Assembly (NCBI GenBank): GCA_040954595.2
Contig: CM082586.2
Coordinates: forward strand, 6,975,337 to 7,039,336
Reading direction: 5' to 3'
From: Balanoglossus misakiensis
Taxonomy: Eukaryota; Animalia; Hemichordata
Length of the DNA stretch: 64,000 nt
Numbering within the stretch: the first letter of the stretch is position 1; every line of letters begins with the position of its first letter. The notes under the pieces were generated by a model. It was given only the letters and a program-made list of their open reading frames with translations. It searched no databases and was not told where the DNA came from. This document shows positions 39,811 to 52,800 of the stretch, one piece after another. A program made the position numbers and the translations under genes.

Positions 39811-42800
39811 ATGGCAGCAGAAGAACCAGGCGCGGCGCCTGACGGTGGGTGGGGTTGGTGCATTGTCTTGGCAACGTTTATCAGCACTGCCCTGAGTGCG
39901 GGAAACTTTTACTCGTTCGGAGTGATGTTTGCTGCCTTCTTGGACGCATTCGGCGAAAGTAAATCAGCGACAGGTGAGATGCATGTGAGCCGTATACTCT
40001 TATCGTTTTGTTTTTAACTATCGTTCAGGCTGGCTGCGGCTGCGCGTTGTACGACGTGTGCGGCTGCGCGTTGTATGACGTGAACTGGCCTGCCAGTATT
40101 TTTAAGACCACCTTTGGATGGTCGAAACAGATGTTGATTTTGCGCTCAATACTCCAATGCCAGCAGCCACGCTGCTGTTCACGATGGACAACCAGTATAA
40201 AAGTCCACTCCCGTTACATCTTTACTGTTCATGACCCACCCAGCAAAATCATCGTTCACACAACACATAGTGCAGACACTAACACGTCATATTGTTTTTG
40301 TTTCTTAGCATGGGTAGGATCCATTTTTGGATTGATGTTTGTGATTGGAAGCACATTTTCCCAGGCTCTGACGCACAAGATAGGCCACCGTCTAGCAGTG
40401 ATGATCGCTGGTACCTTAGCAACAGCCGGTCTGCTGTTAAGTTCTTTTGGTACAGCGCTGTATCAGTTATACTTTACATTTGGTATCTTGGCAGGTGAGT
40501 TTGAACATAATATGCAAATCATGAGATGTTGTGAGCTTTTGATTCACACACACACACACACACGTGTTTCTGCGAGTGACACGCATTCTCTTTGTAGGAT
40601 TTGGTCTCGGAATGGGATACATACCGTGCGTTGACCTCATGGGGAAGTATTTCAAGAAGAAACTGTCTCTTGCAATTGGATTCGGCATGGCGGGTACTGG
40701 CGCTGGTCATTTCATCCTGTCGCTTCTCAATCAACTCGTGGTGGACACCTACGGTTGGAGAGGCATGCTGCTGATTCTGTCGGCCCTGAGCGCTAACATG
40801 TGCGTTGCTGGTGCCCTCCTGCGACCGATCGAACTACACAAGCGTCTGACGGCCAAAGAGGGCGCCCGTTCCACAGAGCACCAGTACAGCAATGAGTCGA
40901 CAGTGCACGATCAGGAATTCATCGCAAACGACAAACTGGCTATCAGAGAAAATGGAGTGAGAGTATCAGACTGTAAACATACAGAGAAGATAACGAAAGA
41001 GAGGACTCGTATATGCAACAGAGGGCGCACTTGCGTCACCTCATTCTGTTCAACCACATTTGACAGGGATTTACTTACAAGTCCAGTGTATATACTTCAT
41101 ATCTTTCTGGGAGTCGGACAAGCTATTGGACACTCAATCGTGTCAGCACACGTGGTAAGATGTAACATTGTCGATAAGAAGTTCAAAAAAAGTTTGATCT
41201 TGAAGCTCCGACGCTGAAAAAAGTAACTTCATTTTCTCACAAACAGTGCGAACAAAGTTTCAATCAAAAACAATTTGAAACGATTATTTTCCGTGAAATA
41301 TTTCGATTTCGAAGTTTACAGCGATAGTCGCTTGACGACCCTTAGGAATGCGCACTGCAAGACCACATACTAGTATTTTTTGTTTTCCATCCCCCCCCCC
41401 CCCCCCCAAAAGGATTATATTGAGAATTTTCATGGGAAAGCCACTTGGCCAATTTGACCACCGATTTTAATAACGTGCTAAAGATTTGTGAAAAATCAAA
41501 AAATGACTGTGTTTTCAACCGCACTCATCGTACACGAGATTAGAAGGAACGATTTCTGTACAACCTAGACCAAAATAACGTCACAGAAACACACTCCTGT
41601 CGATTTTTGTCAGGTTCGCCGACTGCGTGACTTCGGCGTCGCCGACACCCAGAGTTCCCTCGTGGTCAGCCTCATGGGATTGGCCCAGCTGACTGCCCGA
41701 CCGCTGTGTGGCGCCATAGCCAACAGTGGACGTGTGAAGCCATACGTTCTGTATGGTGTGGTCATGGCAACGTGTGGTGCTACAACCCTCTTCAGCATTT
41801 ACGTCAAGAGTTTTGCAGGTATAGTTTTGTAACTAGAAACATGCAAACCTTGAGCTTACATACATTGGTCATTGCGAATCTGGCGCACTGAAGTGATGGG
41901 TCTCGCATCACGTGTGCCACGAAAATTAGTCAACTACCTTAAGTCCACAGTATATTTCGTTTTACCGCCATTATTTCTTATCCTATATTCCTCAAGTTGA
42001 CTTTGATTTCTCTGTATATCTGTTCACAGCTCAAGTTTTTTATATAATTGCTTTCGGGATGTGCCTTGGAAGTTACATAATTTTGATTCCCATCAACGTA
42101 AGCTATTTCCATGGCAAGGAAAAGATTGGACATGGAATGGCATTACTGATTCTAGTACATGGAATAGCTACCCTGACGATTTCTCCCATTGCAGGTAAAT
42201 ACAAGTAGTCAATACTGTAAAACAGGTTATTTTCGCGACAGAAAATTTCCGCGATATCAAAAGAAGCAACTGTTACGCGAGGAATAATTTTCGCTGCATC
42301 GTTACCTCCGAAAATCATTTTACGCGACTTTTTATTTTCACGTGTTTTTTTTGGCTCTCGCGTATATCGCGAAAATTTATTGCTCGCGAAAATAACCCGT
42401 TTTACAGTACATTATACAAGAATTATGCTATGACAGACATTATACATCCATAATGCCTGCTAAGACGGGCATTATAGAATCATTATATTACAGAGAATGC
42501 AAAGTCCATGCCAGTGACAAAAAACATTGAACATACATGAATGACTATGATATTACATGTACATGGTTTCATAAAATTTGCTGTTGCAAGTGAAATATGA
42601 AGGGTCCTGTAAAGTTGGTAATATATGTTTTGATCTTGCTTGGTCGAGAAACAAGTTTTTAGATAGCAAGTTACGATGTCAGTAATGTTAAGGGATTGGG
42701 ATGTCGCTGGTGTTTGTAGTGTACATGTATTTGATTAGCGTCATATTTCTCTGTCACTTTCAGGTCACATGCGAGACGTCTATGGGAACTACGATGCAGC

Positions 42801-42978
42801 ATTCTGGGTTGTGGTAATCGCCTACCTCTTCAGTTCAATCGCCGCTTTTTCGCTGCCGGTTGTGGACAGACTCGTCAAGAAGCGACGAGAGCGCAACACG
42901 TACAGACTCGCCCAAACGACGCCCGAATCTGACGAATCGGAGGTCTTCGAGGTGTCAGAGTTCACGTCTACTGTGTGA
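39811..42978 (+). CDS. SLC16 / monocarboxylate transporter family MFS protein (MCT12-like), copy 2
   Basis: Exons 39811-39973, 40309-40494, 40598-41154, 41614-41818, 42030-42194, 42764-42978. Motifs PDGGWGWCIV, YFKKKLSLAIG, YGWRG. Same intron positions and phases as copy 1. Confidence 0.93.
42213..42409. mobile_element. MITE family A
   Basis: TACTGTAAAACAGGTTATTTTCGCGA...TCGCGAAAATAACCCGTTTTACAGTA. Confidence 0.8.
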
Positions 42979-43264
42979 TTATAAACCACGGTCTCAGATC
43001 AGAGAAGACCAGTTTATGCAAGAGTATGCCATTTTCATGGTCTTCCCATATGTGGAGATGATGGCTCACTCTTGTCATAACTTCACAAAGCATCATATGT
43101 TTACCGTACTCATACAAAGTTCAAACCACGACTTATGTCCACTGTGTTTCACACGTGGTCCTGCAAAAAAAAACACTTTTGCTTCAATGATCATGAAACT
43201 GCGTCTCTGATCTCCTTCCAGACGCATTTACTAAAACTAACTGTTAAGAAATTTACAGTGAATT

Positions 43265-45449
43265 TCAGCTGAGACTAGAGTGTTGCTTGAAATATTTCTG
43301 ATCGGGATCCGGTTGAAGGATAAGAAACTCTTCCCTGTACTTGGAAACATCCTCGTCATTCCAGCAGCTGTTTTTACAGGTGTACACATACACGCTACCG
43401 AAGTCCAGTGGTGGTTCTGAGAAGAGAAAAAGAGCAATAAAATTTTGATATAACGGAATAATGATCGCATTTCTTCTTTTTTTCTCTCCATCCAAAACTG
43501 AGTCAGGCGTAAGCTATATTTCTGTTCATACCAATATATTTTCAAAATATCCTTTGAACAGTTTACCTTTCGTGTGATGTAACTTGAGAACAGACACTAG
43601 TGCTGGCATCAACTGAATTTCAAATATCCTCAGGCCTCCACAATAGTCGCATACTGGTACACTGCTGTGAAGTCCAACGTCTCCTGTCATCAGTAGTGGT
43701 CGACCGTTCCACTCGTACCTAGCACAGAAACGAGAAATTGAAGAACTATAAGAGCAACAGTCATCGTAAAACCAAATTAGCAGTGTTGTCGTTGAGATGG
43801 GCAAAATCCTCCTTTAGTGTTTCAATACTGCAGGAATGAGTCTGCTCCACAAGCCGTGAGTGCCTGTCAAACAGTTCTGGAGCTATTTCCACACAAATTG
43901 AAGCCCAAGAAGATACCTGCATAAAATCTAGCAACTTACTAGTGGAGGAGAAAAAGTGACTTTACCTGAGACACTGGTCAGGGTAACCCGAGATTCTTTT
44001 GAGAAATTTCTGAAATATTTTATCGCCATGACTGGCTGTTGACTTCTCATAGTGTTCTGATCCACCACTCTGCTGTCTGGAAATAAAACAAACTGATATT
44101 AAATCATAAATTTTATATAAAATAATAAAAATAAATATAACATGTAATAACATTTGCTCTTTCTGTTTACTACTTGATGTTATGGTAGTGCTGGTAGGAA
44201 CCCTTTCACCCCCAGTTCCCTCTATAGAGGTCCAATCTTACCATAGAAAACAATGGGTTTGGACTGATCCATTGTGGTGAAGGGGTTAAAGGGGTATATC
44301 TTGTGAACAGCTGAACTTTTGTTTACCAACAAACAGTTATGTGCACAGACAAAAGGTCTGCTGTTTATAGAAATGCCCGAGTCAGCAAATATGCGAATCA
44401 CACCTTCTTGATGCGTCCACTTCGAAGTCCGACACATTGACTCCTTCTCTTTCTTGATACTCTGCCAGTAATTTCTGTTCGTGCGAAGTGAGATCCCCGG
44501 TTGCACTCCAGGACTCTTCTTCGAACACGTTGATGAAAAATCCCCGGAAACACGGCACCTCTTCCGTGAGGTGTCCTGCTTGGTCCAAAGACAACCGTTC
44601 CACCGCTCGGACCGCTGTACAGACGATTTCCACGTCTACAGGTGAACGTTCACAATTTTTGTCTGAAAATTCTTCCGAAGAAAGTTCATGCTTTGTCTCG
44701 GTTGTCGTCGCGACCAAATCCACTCCTGCACCTTCGACATCATCATCGCCCCAGTCGTCAGCCTCGTCGCACCAGTCGCCAGTTGCCATGGCGGCAGGCT
44801 GCTCTCCCGCATCTTGCTGCTGCGTCTTGCTGTTGTTGTCGTCGGCGACAAGACGTTGACCCCTGAGGACAGTCCAGCTGCCGGACAACAAAGAAGATAC
44901 AGGTATGTACATCATGAGAGATAGAGAAAAGTAAAATTATTAATTTATGATAATTTTCACTGAAATTTGGTGATCTGGAAATATACAATTCCAGGCCCTC
45001 ACTGACCTTTCAGCTTGGTTCTGACAGGCTTTTCCAATGCATGCAAACACGTAGATTGTCCTGTGGTATTTAGATTCAGCCAATGGGCAGTATACCTGCA
45101 CCACCAGGTACAGTGGTTCTCTACACAGTTTACATACTGGTCTTGGGTGGGTAGAGTACATCCAGTCCTACGAGGGGAAAAACACGTTTCATTAAAATGT
45201 GGCTTTCAGCGCCAAATCTGGATCAGGTTAAAAAGTACAATGTAATGATTTGCATGTGATTATCTCACCAAGAGTTAATCCCACGTGTAATAGTGTAATA
45301 TGACAATACAATACCAATAACTTCCGGGTGTACAAGTACGTACTTACAGGTCTGCTGCCAATCCTGTTGCACGTCCATGGTTCTGATGCAGGAATGGGGG
45401 AATCAGATTTGATCTCTTCGTCACAAAGGCCAAGCAGAAGAGTCGCCAT
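43265..45449 (-). CDS. PDCD2L: Programmed cell death protein 2-like
   Basis: Minus-strand exons 45449-45348, 45167-45007, 44877-44404, 44076-43966, 43718-43567, 43416-43265. Motifs RIGSRPDW, CKLC..LVVQVYCPL...YHRTIYVFAC, GDWCDEADDWG, YPDQCLRYEWNGRPL, CDYCGGLRIFEIQLMPALV, LDFGSVYVYTCKNSCW. No MYND finger, which fits PDCD2L rather than PDCD2. Confidence 0.92.
44199..44289. mobile_element. MITE family C
   Basis: Near-identical to 18230-18322; lies in a PDCD2L intron. Confidence 0.75.
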
Positions 45450-45646
45450 CTGCAATCCACTGGACACTGTCAATTACATGTAAACACTCATCATTCTTAT
45501 GCCAGTCTGTTACGTCTGTGCCAGGCCATGTTATGATGTTACATGCACATGCACATGCACATGCACATGTACACGTGGTTAAGCAAGGGTAAAACTTAAA
45601 TAAAAAGCACTTGAAAATCATTCATATCACAAAGATGTGGATATTA

Positions 45647-45770
45647 CGTACCTACGAAAGCGTGTCGGTACAGTTGCAACAGGAATTCACCCAAAAAGGC
45701 ATCATTTCGGTCACAGTAACAGGGTGATTGGTGCTACATGCACTTCCACAGGGTACTTCCGGGTTGTTAG
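45647..45770 (-). promoter_or_regulatory. Probable non-coding first exon and promoter of PDCD2L
   Basis: Minus-strand donor AG|GTACGT near 45652. The acceptor ttgcag sits immediately before the ATG at 45449. ETS motif CCGGAAGT (minus strand) near 45755-45762. Confidence 0.45.
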
Positions 45771-46890
45771 GACGCTCGTACTTTCATTACTCCAATAAGC
45801 GTGTGATGTAACGCGTCCAAGATCATACACACGGAATATGCCAACGGGATCGGAAGAGACGCCGGATATTTAAAACTGCGAGTCTGGCGAGTTTTCCATC
45901 TTCATGTTGACGTATTTCCCAACAAACGGCGGTGTGCCTTAGGCCTACAGTCAAGCTAAACCTTTTAACGGACGGTTATAATCATTTGATATTGGGCGGA
46001 GAAAGTCTTTATGGCAGCTATGAAACTTTCGGCGTTCAACAACATTGCTCTTGTATGTTACCCAAAGTTGTTTATGCGACTTGCTAAAGCATGTTGAATC
46101 GTCTGCCTGTTTAGTAGTGTCCAATGGGCATATATTATCGATTGTGAATATTGAGGTTAGAGTCTTCATAAATCTAACTATTTGTCATTAATTTTTTTGT
46201 CATTTTCCTGATTTATAAAGGACAATTGTGATTGATACACCAAAAATAAATCACGTTAAGAGATAAATGTTCAAAAGTTCAGCTTGGGCACGGGCAAAGC
46301 TCTACATTTGGGTATCGTACCTAAGAGAAACGGCATTCATTGTTTCAAATGCGACGGTTCAAAACAACCCAGCCAGACCTGCTCAGATGCTGGGGGACTT
46401 TTAACTCTTTCGCTAACCCTAAAGTTGCTACTCGAAATCCACAAAAAAACGGTCACTAAAACAAGCCTCGTTATTAGTTGCAGATGTTCACCTCGGGGGT
46501 AGTGCAACGAGAATACCGAACGCCTTGGCAACTGTGTCGTTCCCCAAACTTTTCCCAGACGTGCGTGTAACATAACCCCGTAACTTGTGGCACCAAATTA
46601 AAACTTGAAAGCTCTGGTGACACTCCCCCCCCCCCCCAGTCGAACAACCTGCACCTTCGGGCCTGACAAGTTTTACCACAACTCCCTTATTCCGTGGCTT
46701 CACACGACCCGCGGTCTGAAAACGACGTAGCCAGGGTCGAATGCCACGCCCCCTACGCAGACTGAACCAATACAAAGAGGTCACCCGCGAACAATGATTA
46801 GATATTGAGATCCGCCCTGAGAATGTTTTGAAATACGAGCGTTGATCGCGCACCCAGCTACTCGTCACCATTTTACTTTTATTGATCGAC

Positions 46891-49800
46891 ATGGCTGCCC
46901 GCTCGGAGAAGAGGCGCTTCAACGCTCGCTTTCTGCTGATTTTCAGCGTGGCCGTTTTCATCGTTGGGGTAAGCCTAGGCGTTCTTGTTGGCTACTTCAT
47001 AGTTTTCGAGAATTTGGTAAGTTTACCCAAAGCTACTAGTGAAAGAAAGAGACATTGCATGTGACGCGCGCTGTTAAATTGTGTGCGGACAATTCATCGA
47101 TATCTGAACTATGACATATATACTGAAAGCCAGATGATCCACAAAGAAATTAAAGCGGCTTATAGCTGACTTCGATATTTTACTTGTGTCAAAGGCCACG
47201 GCTATTTGCGTGACAGTTTTCCAATGTTCGAACATTAGCGTGGCGAGCCACTCTCTGCACAGAAAATATATGTCGAATAAATTGGCCTTACTAATTTTCT
47301 CACGGATCCCCCCAAGTAATAATAATCACGGACGCGACAATAATATTTATATCATATGGATACCTCATGCACCCAAGCTGTCCATAATCTTGTCTGTAAG
47401 GTAAACTCTTGCTGGAATAACTTCCTAAAAAGGTTAGCTACATATACAATGTGCTTGTACGTTACTGCATTTTATAAAGCAAAATATGTACATAAACGTA
47501 CCATCACAAATCGTTGCAAGACGAGTACGTGCTGTAGACAACACACAAACATGTGGGAAAGAATCTCGATTTACTCGCATACTGGTCTTAGACTAAAAGA
47601 ACGCCGTGTCGTCCCACGGTCTTCTGCTTGCTGAGAAAGCTTCAGGCTACGTATGGCCTGCGAACCCAGTCTGTTAATTAAAACTAAGATTCAGACCATA
47701 CCGAAACCACTAAAACTCGATCTTCCCATTTCGTTTAACGATTCACAAAATTACATTATGAACGCAACGAGCAGTACACATATAAGATTGATGCCATAAA
47801 TAAACGTTTAAGGGCAGTCATGTTTCATATACGCCAGCTTTTGCGAAAGATTCGTACATCGCACTGATATACATGTGTGGCAGCGTAAGGGGGAACGTTG
47901 GTCTAGACTCTGGGTATTGCATCCGACATGAGCGAAAAGTTCGCACAGTCACGCATTATGCAATTTTTCTCAACATTAATGAAACAGTCATGTAGCCTTT
48001 TGGCGTTCGGGCATAAGGCAAAGAAATATTGATGTGCTGGGGGTATGCCGTGTATATTGTGTCTTGACCCCCATGACCTCTGATGGCAGAAAAGAGAAAC
48101 AAATGATTGGACCTACTTTGTGATAAAAAAAGTTGCCTGAAAATAGTTCTACTTGATTGTTTTTGTATGTAACATATTTACTAAAAAACAAGCATATTTC
48201 TGATTATCTAGGCTTACAATTTCATAATCACAAAATTCTTCAAATTGTGTTAACCCTTATTGTCCTACAGGTCAACAGCTAATATATATATACAAATGTA
48301 TTTCTAAAAGACATACATATTCTGTATGTCAAAAGTACTCATTGGTAAAGTGTATAGTTTAGTATTTGTGTTACGCCTGCCAACTACATTTTCTTGTATT
48401 ACCATTGTTGTTGGCATAGCCGCGGTTCCAGAACACTCGAGTTCTGCACCGTCTCTCGCATTTCCTAAGTTTCTATGTTGTTGGTATGCCTGTTTTCATT
48501 TCATTACAATTTCCCCCATCAAAGCTTAGCAGGAGCTGTATACTGCCGGCGGGCAATACTAATAATTTCCTGAGAGCAGACACCAAAATGCCAAACACAC
48601 CGAAACCACCAGAGAACGGCTCTCGTCGTCGGGAGATTTTGAGTTATGGAACCGTGGTTATATAAGCTGTGAGTCAGTTTTAATCACGTGAAAGTTTACC
48701 AGGGGAGACGATAATTGAAATGGTTTGTGTATAGCATTTGACGCACACAAAGACGTCATTTGAAAGTATCCTGAATATTTTTTTCTGTATTTTTTTTTCA
48801 CCGTAGAATGTCGCAACCGCCGATGATCATAAGGATGGACTGAGCGCCACAAAACTTATGAATGAAGTTAAACCGGAGAAGCTGCGAGAATATCTCAAGT
48901 AAGATTCTAAATAAATATAAAACAAATTTCTCGGTAAATTATAAAATTGTAACTTTCTGGGGTTTTTTTCAACGTGCTTTTCAGTACGATTCCATGACGG
49001 CAAGCACAGCTGCATTTAATCTTTCTGTAAGTACTTCAAGATCGTGACGGTTGACTCTAACGCCCAACCGTTCCAACAGAGACTATGACATTTACCCCAA
49101 GGCCGAGTCTCAGACTCAGTGAGTGAACTACATTTGAGGGCGTTGATTAAAACCCAGTCCTAATGCCACATGTGATAGATAAAGAGCGACTAAAAAATAC
49201 AAGTCTCCCACATTATTAAAACATATACTCAAATCACCACTGAAATCTGTAAATTGTCAAACGTTGGGATGGACGGCTATAAGATTTAATGACGTCATCT
49301 CCTGCCACGAAATAATCTTCTCGCTCTAGTTGCCACGGGCAACGACTATAGAAGACACCAAATAATCCAGACGTGCTGTCGAAATGATACTTATAGTTAT
49401 ATATAGACCAGTTATCAGGGGTTAGGGTACGAACAGAAAGTAAGATTTGTCTCCTACACGTGCGCTGAGGATGTAAACAGTGTATGACCCGCTGTTCGTA
49501 TCGTCTGACCTTGTGAATCCTGATCACGGCGAATGCTACTTTCTTTCGGCTAATGCTTTGTAAAGATTAACTTCTACTTGGGATAAATTTATCTTAATGG
49601 TGACGGGAGATATTACGAAAGGTCGGTGAAGGAACAGTTAGGTAAAGTACTGTAGAACGTAACTAAACGACCGAATTTATTATCGCAATAATACCACGCG
49701 TCAAATGTCACAGAAGCTTGATATAGTTTTATAGACACTTGGTTGTAAAGTGGCTTTCCCGAACTCTCACGTACAGCGACTCGAAAGACAAACATACCAA

Positions 49801-52800
49801 ACACGATTTTTCCGGCTCATAATTATCAACAGAGATCCTCTGGCGAACACGGGATTATGCTCCCAGTGTCAGCCACGTAAATATCCTGTACCAGCCTCGC
49901 AGGCTACAATCTACACATCGGTAGATTCACACAAGTTAAATGAGTAAAATGTGGGGGGGGGGGGGGGGGGAGTTGGTACCTGCCGTGCGCCAGGACTTTG
50001 GTGACGTCATACCCTACCCAGGCCGACGGCGGAACTCAACGCGCCAGTTACCCCAAAGCTAGGGAGTCAGTCAGCTGAATATCCGAGAGGGATGAAGTCG
50101 ACACACTTCTCACAACATGGATGTGATAAAAGAGACTGCATTCCCCATGATCTCGACCAAAGAACCAGTATGTTCATAATATTGCAGAGAAAAGATGTAG
50201 ATTTTCTGCTCATCGCGAGATCTCGCGAGACTTTGTTGATAACCATAGCAACGGGTCCTCAGCCAAGCAAAACAAGACTGTATGAATTTAACAAAAAATA
50301 TAGTTTTAATAAACTAGTTGTGTCATACAGCTAAATACAGTGGCCCCTACACGACAATGCCTCGGTAGGTAAATGCAACGAATCTTATTTATGATATTGC
50401 AAAATGCCTTTCTAACTTATCAATGTTATTTATCATGTTTTTAAACTATAAGTTACATCACTGGGACACCATTTTGCCCCACTGCAGATATTTCACCAAT
50501 CGGCCCCATCTAGCCGGTACAGAGACGGACAATGAGCAAGTATTCTACACCAAAGAAAAGTGGTTGGAATTCGGTTTGGATCACGTGGAAGCAGTTCCCT
50601 ATGAAATGTACCTGTCATATCCCTCCGACGAAGAAGGGAAAGAAAATAAGGTATCGGGAATATTTAAAGGGCGACGATCGTCTTATGCGCATGCGCCATA
50701 CCAGAGATTCTGAGTCCAAATTCTGCTCTAGTCCTATGATATCAATGACAGCCACACACACAAATCAACGGTAGGCCTACACCTGTCATGGCGTGACAAA
50801 ACAATTCAATTTCCTTCTCGACATTACAGGTGGAAATATTAGATCCGAATACCGGCAACATAGTTTTTACTTCCCGGTTGAAAGAAGAGAGAGTTCCGAA
50901 CCAGCCGGAAGAAGAGGATATCGTGCCGCCTTTCAATGCGTACTCTGCCCAGGGACAGGTTCAGGTAAATCTGTGTTGTTTGAATTGGGAGATTTACGGT
51001 CACCTATATGCAAATTTATTCACAGTTACCGCTGAGCCAATCACACATTTTCATCGGGTGACCACATAAAAAGGTGGACCACCATATATGTGGTCATTCA
51101 AAGAGATACGTCACATCCTCTGAACTATATATGGGCATATGTAACAGTAAATACTAGTATGCAAAGTAAAGGCCACTACTAGTGTAGTCCCTGAAATCAA
51201 CTTTACTTTACTATAATGTTTGGCAGGGTGACGTGGTTTATGCAAATTTTGGCAGGACTGAAGACTTCGAATATCTGAGTTCGAACCTGAGCATCGACCT
51301 GACCGACAAAATAGCTCTCATTCGCTATGGACGTGTTTACAGAGGAAATAAAGTAAGTAGAGATTAATTCGCCAAGTGGAGCATACATGTAGCTGTGTTT
51401 GCTATCAAGTGCGAAGATTCAGACCCTGATTATCTGATTATTCGTCAATGAGAGCATGGTGGAGGGACAGACAGACAGCGTAAGATACAGAGACTGCAAT
51501 TTTGAAATATCTCGCGCTCCGGCTGTTTTTTACAATGACAACAAACACACACAGAAATACAGACATAGATGAAGATAGAATTCTACGGTACCTTTCAATC
51601 TGTATTCGCAGGTTTTCAATGCTGCGAAATACGGTATGAAGGCTGTTATTCTCTACTCGGACTCGTTCGGGTCCACCGAAGATGACGCGGACGTTTATCC
51701 CGATAGCATCTATCTGCCGCCCTCTGGGGCCCAGAGAGGATCAGTCCTAGGGGACACCAGGGAGCCCCTGACTCCGGGATATCCCGCTACCAGTAGGTTG
51801 GTCACACGGTGTCAGCTGTAATGGCGCGTACAGCAATGGCTCTGCGGTGGCAGGGCTGTGTGTTGCTACCGGTTGCGGCTGTGATTGGCCGCGGCGGCCC
51901 TGTCGCGTAGCCACCCAAAGCCCTGCCGCTCTGAGAGGCCCTGTTCCATGATCTACTAAGTAGGAACTGCGAAAATCAGTCAGTCAATCCATCGACCAAT
52001 CAATCAATCAAGCAAGCAAGCAATTCTTTAGTCCGTCTTTCTTTCTTACAGAGTATGCATATCGTTATAGTCCCGACGAGATTGACATTTTACCAAAAAT
52101 TCCAGTACATCCAATCGGATACGCTGATGCTGCTGAAATAATACGGTACGTTTTCCTGGTATTTTGGTAATTTAGTCTTTAAAAAGAGAAAAAGCGCACA
52201 CTAACTTTGAAATAATTGGATTATAAGACACCCGTACCTCTTATTCGTTTCTTTTGTGTCGTAATCAGTTAAACTGTCATATTCAAGTTGTCATATATTT
52301 TACTTTCCTGTCGAAGGCGTATGGCTGGGGACAAAGTTACACCTGAATGGACAGGTGGAGCGGACGCTGAATACAGATATGGACCAGGCTTTCGGGACCA
52401 GGATAGTGACAAGTAAGAAAAACTCTGACGCCAAAAGTTGTGGGTGGGGCCTCCATTACAGAGGGGGGGGGGTAGTTTATGACAGTAAAGATGACGGAAG
52501 AGCGTATACTATTTCTGGAGATAATTATTTCGTTTTTCGTCAAAAACAAACAGACAGACAGTATTAATAAAATTTCATTTCCCTCAACTTTTACGTACAG
52601 AAAAGTACAGGTCACCATCCATTCCGAAAACAAAGTGACGACGTCGTACAACGTGATCGGTATAATACGAGGAGAAGTTGAACCAGGTAAGTGAAAGATT
52701 CTTCGAAAAACTTATTACATTATAGTTAGTATAAGTATTGATCAGTCAGTTATGAGACTGATGTAGGCCTACAATGTAATAGCTAGCCATGGTTTGTTTC

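Noticed and set aside
46488-46961. 157-aa minus-strand ORF
   Set aside because: Antisense shadow of the GC-rich promoter and first exon of the peptidase gene; no motifs.
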